64,000 nt of DNA, from the NCBI GenBank assembly GCA_002383485.1, contig DFYY01000032.1, positions 78,891 to 142,890 on the forward strand, written 5' to 3'. Origin of the DNA: Bacteroidales bacterium UBA4070 (lineage in GTDB: Bacteria; Bacteroidota; Bacteroidia; Bacteroidales; VadinHA17). A program made the translations under genes and the position numbers. Under the pieces are notes generated by a model that was not told the DNA's origin, searched no databases, and saw only the letters and a list, made by a program, of their open reading frames with translations. Numbering within the stretch: the first letter of the stretch is position 1; each line of letters begins with the position of its first letter. This document shows positions 57,301 to 64,000 of the stretch, piece after piece.

Positions 57301-57552
57301 CGAAGTGGATGTCATCTCCTTGAGCCCGGAGACGGAGTTGAGGGCGTCCTCAATGGGACGGGTAATATTCGTTTCAATATCCGCCGCACTGGCTCCGGGG
57401 TATATCGTGTAAACTGACAGGAACGGGAGCTCGATCTCAGGATAGAGGTCGATTGGCAGCTGCGTCAGGGAATAAAGCCCCAGAACCATCGTGATCAGGA
57501 AGATCAGTATTGTGGTAACGGGCTTCTTTACTGCACTGGCATATATGCTCAT
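54394..57552 (-). CDS. RND efflux pump inner-membrane permease (AcrB/HAE1-like)
   Basis: 1052 aa with the 12-TM, two-large-loop architecture. Canonical blocks: SIAIGMVVDDAIVVLENI and IMLIGIVVKNAIVLVDF. Confidence 0.93.
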   Translation of the reverse strand: MSIYASAVKKPVTTILIFLITMVLGLYSLTQLPIDLYPEIELPFLSVYTIYPGASAADIETNITRPIEDALNSVSGLKEMTSTSSDNVSVIFMEFEYETNLDEASNDVRSSLSFIQSFLPEDAEDPTIFKFNSSMMPVIFYAITAEESYKGLEKILDEKLVNPLNRIDGVGNVALSGVPGREIYVEVDPRRMEAYNLTIEQVGNVLRAENMNMPAGYLEMGKMDYPIRIQGEFAESDLIANLIVGNFSGNNVYLRDIATVNDTIRETKLVSKIDGKQGMTLFVQKMSGANSVQICREVDAEIQKLQKSLPPDIRIEKIMDTSEFIQGSINNLTETLMYAALFVVLVVLFFLGRWRATLIITLTIPISLLVAFIYIFLTGSSINIISLSSLSIAIGMVVDDAIVVLENITKHIERGSRPREAAIYATNEVWLAVIVTTLTVVAVFLPLTFVKGLTGVLFAQLGWIVSITIIMSTVAAITLTPTLSTLLLRLRPVKENAPWWTWDGSIHKFLEWLDGFYVKTLSWVLHHKKFVIAAALVVFIGSMMLFKFIGTEFMPAADESRVSATVELQTGTRVTETEKVADRIDSIVRKQIPEVKLISMSAGTDDSGGLTSLFGQSGTHVVTFTFALLDVEDRKRSSEEIAEEIRGIIAPMPEVINFSVLAVSGGMGAMGGNTVDIEIYGFDISQTNLLAEQLAGRVRKIQGAANVDISRDKSKPELQIILDQDKLLRYGLTTAQVSTAIRNRVDGLTATRLRQFGDEYDVIVRYKESARNSITELQNIGVALPTGQVIRLGEIATVKEYWSPPNIERKRKERVVTVSVTPYKRALNLIAEDIQKELDALTIPSGVMVEISGAYEDMSESFMDIGLLMVISLILVYLVMASQFESLKMPVIIMLSIPFAFSGVAIALFLTGTNLSLIAAIGAIMLIGIVVKNAIVLVDFINLTRDRGVELYQAVLQSGRSRLRPVLMTSLTTILAMLPLAINPGEGSELWQPMGIAVIGGLVFSTIVTMVLVPVGYVLIARHGERDKKHKVAFRDMKFLEEIKENHENGRS

Positions 57553-57578
57553 AATCCGGGATTATCTCTTGTTAATCA

Positions 57579-58631
57579 TTATTTCGATATCTCTACCTTC
57601 TGGCCATTATTAAGGCGTGCCTGACCATCGGTGATGAGGCTGTCACCTTCCTTCAGATCACCGCCGGCGATCTCAAAACGGTCATCAAACCTCTGTCCGA
57701 GGATAACCGGTTTTCTGACGGCGACGCCGTTCTCAACTACGAAGATGTACCTCTCGTTGGTTCCCTCCTGCAGCAATACGGCGCTGGCGGGTACCACGAA
57801 GGCCTCTTCCTGTCCCATGTCGATGAATGCCCTGGCAAACATGCCGGGACGAAGCAGTTCACTGCCGTTGCTGATGCGAACCTCAGCGCGGAATGAGCGA
57901 GACATGGCATCAATTGTCGGATGCACCCTGAAGATTGTTCCTTCAAAGGTTTTATCAGGGTAGACATCAGCTGCCACGCGCACTTTCATCCCGCTTTTGA
58001 TGAGCGGGAAATACTGCTCCGAGACGCTGATGATGATCTTCACGGGGTTGATTTGCATAAGGGTGACCACGGCTGTCTTGCCTGACATGCCCGGCGCACC
58101 CGAATAGAGTTCGCCATCCTCAAGGTACTTGCCTGTAATGATTCCTGAGAAGGGAGCTTCAAGCTGGGTGTTCTCCTCCATGAATTCGACGTTGGTCTTC
58201 ATCACCTCATACTGCGCCTTCGTCTGGTCATAGAGCTGCTCCTTCACGCTTCCGACCTTTAGCAGGGTATCAAGCCGTGCCAGGTCCTTCTCGAGATTGG
58301 CCAGCTGGATCTTGTTAGCGTAGTACTGGGTACGGTCCATCAGGAAGAGCTTCTGCCCCTTCTGCACCCTGTCGCCAACCTCTACATATATCTTATCAAC
58401 CCTGCCCGGTGTTGACGGTGCAAGATTGACTTCCTCGTACGCCAATATTGTGGATGTGTAATCGATTGTCCGGGCTATTTTAGTCTTGCTTACCGGCATC
58501 ACCTTAATTGGAATGGCGGCGACTGAGTCGGCTGTTGCTGCATCGGCGGCTCCGGCCTTTTTTTCCTTCGGGGCACATGATGCAAGCAGAATGCCGCCGG
58601 CAAGGATCAGTGTAAAAATTGTGCGATTCAT
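57579..58631 (-). CDS. RND efflux periplasmic adaptor (membrane fusion protein)
   Basis: Lipobox-like LASC, a biotinyl-lipoyl-like block (PGRVDKIYVEVGDRVQKGQKLFLMD), a coiled-coil hairpin and beta-barrel domains. Confidence 0.9.
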   Translation of the reverse strand: MNRTIFTLILAGGILLASCAPKEKKAGAADAATADSVAAIPIKVMPVSKTKIARTIDYTSTILAYEEVNLAPSTPGRVDKIYVEVGDRVQKGQKLFLMDRTQYYANKIQLANLEKDLARLDTLLKVGSVKEQLYDQTKAQYEVMKTNVEFMEENTQLEAPFSGIITGKYLEDGELYSGAPGMSGKTAVVTLMQINPVKIIISVSEQYFPLIKSGMKVRVAADVYPDKTFEGTIFRVHPTIDAMSRSFRAEVRISNGSELLRPGMFARAFIDMGQEEAFVVPASAVLLQEGTNERYIFVVENGVAVRKPVILGQRFDDRFEIAGGDLKEGDSLITDGQARLNNGQKVEISK

Positions 58632-58660
58632 TGTATTCTGTTTTTATTATTGTTTTTCTG

Positions 58661-59983
58661 TTACAGTTTGTTCATTAGTTTGTCAAATGCCACCTTGGTC
58701 TGGAGCAGGTTCATCAGTGCCTGGATATAGTTGTTCTGGGCCGTCAGATAGTTATTGTTGGCCTGCGTCAGGTCAAGGCTGGAGGCCATCCCCTGGTTGT
58801 ACTTGTTCTGGAAGCTTTTCAGAACCCGGTTGGCGATCTCGATGTTTGCCTTCTGACTCTTGAACTGCTCGTTTGCATTCAGCAGGTTATACCTGAGTTG
58901 CCGCTCCTGCATCAGCAGCTGCTCGGAGACCATCGACCGGGTATTCATGCTCTTCTCCAGGTTGATCTCTGCCTTCTTTATTTTCGCGTTCCTGAGCCCC
59001 GATGCGAATATCGGGATCTGCAGCTGAAGAGCTACGGCCGAATAGGGAAAATACTGCATGTGCATCAGCTCGTCGCCCATCCCGTTCCTGTTGTAATAAA
59101 TTGTGCCTGCGAGGCTGGGCAGAGTGCTGGCCTTCGCGCTTTTGAGAGCCAGTTCTGACATTGCATGCTGACTCTGAATGAGCTGGTAGCTTATGTTATC
59201 CTCCAGCTTGAACTCATCGGTCAGAAGCATTTCGACATCGATCTTAGAGGTGATGTCATCCAGGTTGTCAGTGAGGTTTATCCCTGTACCGGCAGGTACG
59301 CCAAGGAGAAACCTGAGCATATTGTGATTCACTTCCAGGGTGCGGAGCATTGATGACCTTGAGTTTTCGAGCATGGTAACGGTCGACTGCATCTGGTCCA
59401 CATCGGTTGACTCGGCCATGCCCACACTGTACATCGCCTTTGTTGATGCAAGGATAGTATTCAGGTTTTCAAGGTTTGCATCAATCACATTGACACTCTC
59501 CTTGAGTGTGAGAATCAGGAAGTAGACATTCTTGACGTTCTCCTTTGTCTCGAGAGTTGTCTGTGCAAGTCCCTGGCGGGCGAGGGTAGTTGCCATCTTC
59601 GCCGTCTGTACGCCCACAAGCCACGGGGCGTTAAATATTACTGTGGAGGCCGAAACACCAGCGGCAGCATCATATTTGGTACCGAACTTGAACGGGGTGG
59701 GTGTTCCTCCGAAGTCGATGATCCTTGTCATGATTGCCAGGTTGTAGCTGAGTGAGGCTGTCGCGTCTATTGAAGGTAGTCCGGCAGCCATTGTTTCCCA
59801 GACCCCTTTCTCGGATGCAAGCAGCTCATACCTGGCCGATGCCACACTCCGGTTTTTGTCAAGTGCGTAATCAACAGCCTCATCGACTGTAAGTGAGAGG
59901 GCTGCCGGGACATCCTGTGCCGAGAGGCTCATGCCGGCGGCGGATGTCGCGATTAAGATGATAGCAATAATTATTCTTTTCAT
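58661..59983 (-). CDS. TolC-family outer-membrane efflux channel
   Basis: I prefer the start at MKRIIIAIILIATSAAGMSLSAQ (M20 of the listed ORF). It shows the two-repeat OEP pattern (LSLTVDEAVDYALDKNRSV...; ...LDLTQANNNYLTAQNNYIQAL). Confidence 0.88.
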   Translation of the reverse strand: MKRIIIAIILIATSAAGMSLSAQDVPAALSLTVDEAVDYALDKNRSVASARYELLASEKGVWETMAAGLPSIDATASLSYNLAIMTRIIDFGGTPTPFKFGTKYDAAAGVSASTVIFNAPWLVGVQTAKMATTLARQGLAQTTLETKENVKNVYFLILTLKESVNVIDANLENLNTILASTKAMYSVGMAESTDVDQMQSTVTMLENSRSSMLRTLEVNHNMLRFLLGVPAGTGINLTDNLDDITSKIDVEMLLTDEFKLEDNISYQLIQSQHAMSELALKSAKASTLPSLAGTIYYNRNGMGDELMHMQYFPYSAVALQLQIPIFASGLRNAKIKKAEINLEKSMNTRSMVSEQLLMQERQLRYNLLNANEQFKSQKANIEIANRVLKSFQNKYNQGMASSLDLTQANNNYLTAQNNYIQALMNLLQTKVAFDKLMNKL

Positions 59984-60014
59984 ATAGCCGTTTATAACTG
60001 TTACTGTTTCAAAA

Positions 60015-60632
60015 TCAAATCTCATTCTCCATCGAATCAATCAGTTCAACACCTTTGGCGGTGGAGATTCCGCGCATGAAACTGATCATGACGTTACGCA
60101 TGATGTCCCTCTGCATGAAGATCTCCCTGGGAAAAAGCTCCTCATCTCCTGCCATGGTTGAAATGCCTTTAAATGCCCTGCCTACAATCTCAACATTAAT
60201 GTCCTTCCTGAAAATTTCCTGGCTGACCCCCTTTTCAAGTATCTTCCTGGCAGCCTCATAATCAGGATTCTCACATTTCTCCTTCAGACGTTTCAATACA
60301 TTGCTGTGGTACTTCTTCAGATCAGAACCAATCAGCGGATTCATTGTGGCAGCATGATCCCTTCCCGTCCTTACGATGCAGAAGACAGCTGAGATCACAT
60401 CAGGAGAGGAGTCCAGAATCTTGTCAATCATCTCCCTCTGCTTGATTATTATAGAATCCATTACCGCGAAAAGCAACGTATCCTTGTCAATGAACCTTTC
60501 GTAAATACTTCTCTTCGAAATCCCGAGATGTGAAGCAATGGCATCCATGGTGACTGCCCTGATACCGTGTATACGGAACAGATCCGCAGCTCCGGTAATT
60601 ATTCTGTCATCATATTCCTGCATCTGGTTCAT
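60015..60632 (-). CDS. TetR/AcrR-family transcriptional regulator
   Basis: N-terminal HTH (AADLFRIHGIRAVTMDAIASHLGISKRSIYERF). 205 aa, first gene of the efflux operon. Confidence 0.9.
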   Translation of the reverse strand: MNQMQEYDDRIITGAADLFRIHGIRAVTMDAIASHLGISKRSIYERFIDKDTLLFAVMDSIIIKQREMIDKILDSSPDVISAVFCIVRTGRDHAATMNPLIGSDLKKYHSNVLKRLKEKCENPDYEAARKILEKGVSQEIFRKDINVEIVGRAFKGISTMAGDEELFPREIFMQRDIMRNVMISFMRGISTAKGVELIDSMENEI

Positions 60633-60749
60633 CCATTTCCTGAATTAGGGCGCAATATTCAGAAAACTTTTAGAGTTTTCAAAGTTTTTTATGATAAATA
60701 ATTGTTAAATACCGCCGAGTTGCGGTAATGAGCCGGTGAACGGCATGAA

Positions 60750-60777
60750 GAATTGCGATTTGCGAGTTTGCGAATTT
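60750..60777. repeat. Left arm of imperfect inverted repeat (contains three spaced TTGCGA units)
   Basis: GAATTGCGATTTGCGAGTTTGCGAATTT. About 23 of 28 positions are complementary to 61061..61087, allowing one 1-nt bulge. Confidence 0.6.
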
Positions 60778-61060
60778 GGTCGCAACAATGCAATAATTGT
60801 ATTAGGCATGGCTCCGCCTTTCTGTAATCCCAGGGTGGTATCTTTGTCTGTTACATTTTTCCATAACGGTCATAGACCGTTAAGAATTGTAACCTGCAGG
60901 CCCCCACCCACCCGCTTCGAGGGAGGGGGGCCGGGTAGCATGGTTATACAGTTCTTCAACCTCACGAGGTTGGGAAAAACACATATCCCACTGGTTTTCA
61001 ATTATTACCCTCAAGGAGGAGTATGCAGCTATTCTAGCCATCTGACCCTGGTGGCAATCC

Positions 61061-61087
61061 TAATTCGCAACTCGAAATTCGAAATTC
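61061..61087. repeat. Right arm of imperfect inverted repeat
   Basis: TAATTCGCAACTCGAAATTCGAAATTC; its reverse complement is GAATTTCGAATTTCGAGTTGCGAATTA. It ends 8 nt before the stop codon of the T9SS cargo gene. Confidence 0.6.
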
Positions 61088-61094
61088 GGAAATC

Positions 61095-62309
61095 CTACCT
61101 GTAGAGATAGACCGTCCCCCGATACTCGCGGCTCTTGTATTCGACATCATCATATCCCACGGCACGCATAATATAAAAATAGGCACCCGGGCCGGCACGG
61201 CGCTCGGAATTATTGATCTTGCCATCCCATCCCTGCCAGTCCTGAAGCACCTCACCGTCAGCTTCGTAATTGTAGACACGGTGACCGCTCTTGGAAAAGA
61301 CCTGCAGGTTCACGAAGCGAAGCGACTGCTTCTCAGGAACGAAGAAATCATTGAGGCCGTCGTCATTAGGAGTAAAGACGTTTGGAATTTTCAGGAGAGA
61401 GGGGAGCACACTGATCCTCACCGTGGCCGAATCGCGGCAGGTAAGTTCGCTCTCTATCAGGAGAGAAACTGTGTAATCACCGGGTATATAATAAGTATGT
61501 GTTGCCGGATCGGGCATATTTGAGACTGAGTCATCGCCAAACCTCCATGTATACTTCATCGCCCTGACAGAGTTATCTATAAATGATACCTCCAGCGGCG
61601 CCTCGCCCTCCAATGGTTCAGCAGTGAACTCAGCCTTGACATGAATGGAGGTATAATCGAAGGAAGCCGTAATGGAGCATCCGAAGCTGTCGGTTACCTC
61701 CAGTGAGTATCTCACGTCTTCCAGTGGCGGCGAGAAGGTGATCGGGTCAATCTCCAGGTCAGGATATGGTATTGCCGATGAAGGCGATGATGACCAGAGG
61801 TGCTTCACACCGTTGGGCAAAATTCGTGATGCATTTGTTGACGGATCGTAGTAGGTAAATGGATCCGTTGCCTTTGTACCGTCAAGAGCGACATAATCGC
61901 AGGTATAGTGGAGCAGGACTGCCTGAGACACAGGTTTGTCAATACTGATCCACGCAAAGAGTTCCGCGGTGTATCCTCCGCCGTCAGTTATCTGCACATG
62001 GTATCCTCCTTCGGCGAGGCCGGAGGCTACAGATGTTACTCCTGATTCTGTTTTCACGGGGATTGAAAAACCTCCGCCAGCCTGGTTGTACCTGGTCCAT
62101 GTAAAAGTGAAGGGAGCTGTACCTCCCGGGCTTGTAGCCTCCAGTGTGCCTGTAGTTCCACCGGTGCCGTCACAGAAGATAAATACCGGGTCATGCCTGG
62201 CGGTGACCGGATAAGTGGTATAGCGCACCGTGCGGCTGCCGGGGGCAGTGATCTGCGCCTGTACCGCCAGGGGCAACAAAATGATTATGAGAGCCAGATA
62301 TCTTGACAC
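61095..62309 (-). CDS. Secreted PKD-domain protein with T9SS type-B (gliding-motility-associated) C-terminal domain
   Basis: Signal peptide MSRYLALIIILLPLAVQAQ. PKD-like block (VSFIDNSVRAMKYTWRFGDDSVSN...THTYYIPGDYTVSLL). C-terminal domain IPNVFTPNDDGLNDFFVP...GWDGK...PGAYFYI...GTVYLYR. Confidence 0.8.
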   Translation of the reverse strand: MSRYLALIIILLPLAVQAQITAPGSRTVRYTTYPVTARHDPVFIFCDGTGGTTGTLEATSPGGTAPFTFTWTRYNQAGGGFSIPVKTESGVTSVASGLAEGGYHVQITDGGGYTAELFAWISIDKPVSQAVLLHYTCDYVALDGTKATDPFTYYDPSTNASRILPNGVKHLWSSSPSSAIPYPDLEIDPITFSPPLEDVRYSLEVTDSFGCSITASFDYTSIHVKAEFTAEPLEGEAPLEVSFIDNSVRAMKYTWRFGDDSVSNMPDPATHTYYIPGDYTVSLLIESELTCRDSATVRISVLPSLLKIPNVFTPNDDGLNDFFVPEKQSLRFVNLQVFSKSGHRVYNYEADGEVLQDWQGWDGKINNSERRAGPGAYFYIMRAVGYDDVEYKSREYRGTVYLYR

Positions 62310-62399
62310 ACCTGATTAACGGATTTAGTCCTCCAAATGATATGCAAACCTAATAAAAAATGACGTTCTTTGGGGGATTAAAATTCTGCATTTTCATTC

Positions 62400-64000
62400 A
62401 TGTTTCGCGATTATCTGAAAGAACTTAACGAAGCGCAGCAGGCGGCCGTTGTCAACACGCAGGGGCCTGCGATGGTCATTGCAGGGGCGGGGTCCGGAAA
62501 GACAAGGGTTCTTACATACCGCATCGCGCATCTGCTTCAGCAGGGTGTACCCGCCCACCGTATACTTGCACTCACCTTCACCAACAAGGCCGCCGGGGAG
62601 ATGAAGGAACGTATCATGCACATCGTCGGCCCGGAAAAGGCACGCAGCCTCTGGATGGGAACCTTTCATTCGATATTCGCACGATTCCTGCGCAAAGACG
62701 GGAGTTACCTCGGATACAAGAGCAATTTCACAATATACGATCAGGACAACACCCGCAGCCTGATACGCACCATCATCAAGGAGATGGGGCTGGATGATTC
62801 GGTCTACAAGCCCGCGGGCGTTGCATCACGCATATCACACGCCAAAAATAACCTCATTACCGCCCAGCAGTACAGCAGCGTGCCGCAGATAACCGAATCG
62901 GACAAGGCATCGCGGGTTCCCGAAGCTGCTGCCATTTACCGGCATTATGCCGCCCGTTGCTTCAGGGCCAACGCTATGGATTTTGATGATCTGCTGCTGA
63001 ATATCAATATCCTGTTTCGAGATTTTCCGGCAGTACTTGACGAGTACCGCCAGCGCTTCGACTATGTGCTGGTGGATGAGTACCAGGATACCAATTTCGC
63101 GCAGTACATAATAGTACACAAGCTCTCGGAAAGTCACAGAAACCTTTGTGTGGTGGGCGACGATGCCCAGAGCATCTACTCTTTCCGCGGGGCACGAATT
63201 GAAAACATACTCAATTTCGAAAAAGATTACCCGGATTACAAGCTCTTCAAGCTCGAACAGAACTACCGTTCCACGCAAAATATAGTCAATGCCGCCAACA
63301 GTGTCATTGAAAAGAACACCGGGCAGATACGGAAGACTGTTTTCTCGAAAAACGATGAGGGCGAAAAGATAAGAGTCGTGCAGACCACCATTGACAGCGA
63401 GGAGGGGATACTCACCGCCTCTGACATCCTTGACACAAGGATGAGGGAGCGGCTTGACTGGAAGGACTTCGCCATCCTCTACCGCACAAATGCGCAGTCG
63501 AGGATTTTCGAGGAGATGCTTCGCAAGCGCAACATACCTTATAAGATCTACGGCGGACAGTCGTTCTACGAGCGTAAGGAGATACGTGACCTGATTGCAT
63601 ATCTGAGGCTGATTGTCAATCCCGACGATGAGGAGGCGCTCAGGCGAATCATCAACTATCCCAAGAGAGGCATCGGTGACACCACCGTGCAAAAGCTCAT
63701 GGAGTTAGCAAGGTCGCTGGATATAAGCATCTGGTCAATCATCAGCTCGCAGGAACTTAGTGCAAAGTATCTTGCTCCCTCGCTGCGGATGAAGATCAGC
63801 TATTTCACAGGGCTGATGCGTCCGGTGATGGCAGTGGCGGAAACGGCCACTGCGTATGACATTGCCTACGGCATGGCATCGGCGAGCGGCATCCTTACCG
63901 AGCTGAAGCAGGGACAGGTGCCCGAGGAGATAGACAGGCTGCAGAACGTCCAGGAACTGCTCAACGGCATCAAGGAGTTCACCGAGTCAGCTGTCACCAA
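62400..64000 (+). CDS. UvrD/PcrA/Rep-family SF1 DNA helicase, 3'-truncated by window edge (absent from ORF track)
   Basis: My translation from the ATG at 62400 gives MFRDYLKELNEAQQAAVVNTQGPAMVIAGAGSGKTRVLTYRIAHLLQQGVPAHRILALTFTNKAAGEMKERI...WMGTFHSIFARFLR...VLVDEYQDTN...VVGDDAQSIYSFRGA. The frame is open to nt 64000. Confidence 0.9.
   Translation, partial: MFRDYLKELNEAQQAAVVNTQGPAMVIAGAGSGKTRVLTYRIAHLLQQGVPAHRILALTFTNKAAGEMKERIMHIVGPEKARSLWMGTFHSIFARFLRKDGSYLGYKSNFTIYDQDNTRSLIRTIIKEMGLDDSVYKPAGVASRISHAKNNLITAQQYSSVPQITESDKASRVPEAAAIYRHYAARCFRANAMDFDDLLLNINILFRDFPAVLDEYRQRFDYVLVDEYQDTNFAQYIIVHKLSESHRNLCVVGDDAQSIYSFRGARIENILNFEKDYPDYKLFKLEQNYRSTQNIVNAANSVIEKNTGQIRKTVFSKNDEGEKIRVVQTTIDSEEGILTASDILDTRMRERLDWKDFAILYRTNAQSRIFEEMLRKRNIPYKIYGGQSFYERKEIRDLIAYLRLIVNPDDEEALRRIINYPKRGIGDTTVQKLMELARSLDISIWSIISSQELSAKYLAPSLRMKISYFTGLMRPVMAVAETATAYDIAYGMASASGILTELKQGQVPEEIDRLQNVQELLNGIKEFTESAVT

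Larger units (their letters stand above)
60750..61087. other. Hairpin-rich ~340-bp element bounded by the inverted repeat (candidate structured RNA or foldback/MITE-like element)
   Basis: A nested 7-bp long-range pair CCAGGGT (60830..60836) / ACCCTGG (61045..61051) encloses three local hairpins. These are TAACGGTC-ATA-GACCGTTA (60864..60882), a GC-rich stem GGCCCCCACCCACCC...GGGAGGGGGGCC (about 60899..60933) and CAACCTC-AC-GAGGTTG (60957..60972). Confidence 0.4.

Noticed and set aside
60736-61104. 122-aa plus-strand ORF in the TetR / T9SS-cargo intergenic region
   Set aside because: It begins and ends within the two inverted-repeat arms and reads straight through the GC hairpins (...PPPTRFEGGGPGS...). 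It is better explained as non-coding structured DNA or RNA.
62394-63692. Minus-strand ORFs 62394..62669 (91 aa) and 62835..63692 (285 aa)
   Set aside because: They are antisense to the motif-rich UvrD-family helicase frame, which is open from 62400 to the window end.

Overview
This 64-kb window looks like a chromosomal segment from a Bacteroidota-type genome. Supporting signs are gldE/gldD gliding genes, T9SS C-terminal sorting domains, TAnnTTTG-like promoter motifs, and no tuf or adk in the ribosomal cluster. All family calls come from motif recognition by eye; no search was run.

Layout:
- 1-18.7 kb: housekeeping and envelope genes. These are gldE-gldD, an Sfp-type PPTase overlapping a PcrB/GGGPS-family prenyltransferase, a PafA-like phosphatase homologue with altered active-site positions, a T9SS-sorted M14 carboxypeptidase, ychF, an ECF sigma module, hisS, two secreted proteins of unknown function, a hybrid histidine kinase, a SpoIIE phosphatase coupled to a UbiD-family decarboxylase, and eno.
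- 18.8-36.6 kb, minus strand: one uninterrupted str-S10-spc-alpha ribosomal superoperon, rpsL to rplQ. It includes fusA, secY, map, infA, rpoA, and the short rpmJ and rpmD genes missing from the ORF track.
- 37.0-39.1 kb: a divergent EF-G paralogue with degenerate GTPase motifs.
- 39.2-54.0 kb, minus strand: the most interesting region, a tightly packed 11-12 gene operon headed by an ECF sigma factor. It combines a TonB-dependent receptor, an orphan beta-barrel, an LTD-like lipoprotein, an ABC-2 transporter with a large accessory membrane protein, a NapH/CcoG-like polyferredoxin and a gingipain-fold/HEAT-repeat protein. I cannot map this combination onto any characterised system.
- 54.1-60.6 kb: a TetR-controlled RND efflux operon with a small PII-like tail gene.
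- 60.6-64.0 kb: a hairpin-rich intergenic element bounded by inverted repeats, a T9SS type-B cargo protein, and a 3'-truncated UvrD-family helicase gene that is absent from the ORF track.

I recognised no rRNA, tRNA, CRISPR array, transposase or integrase.
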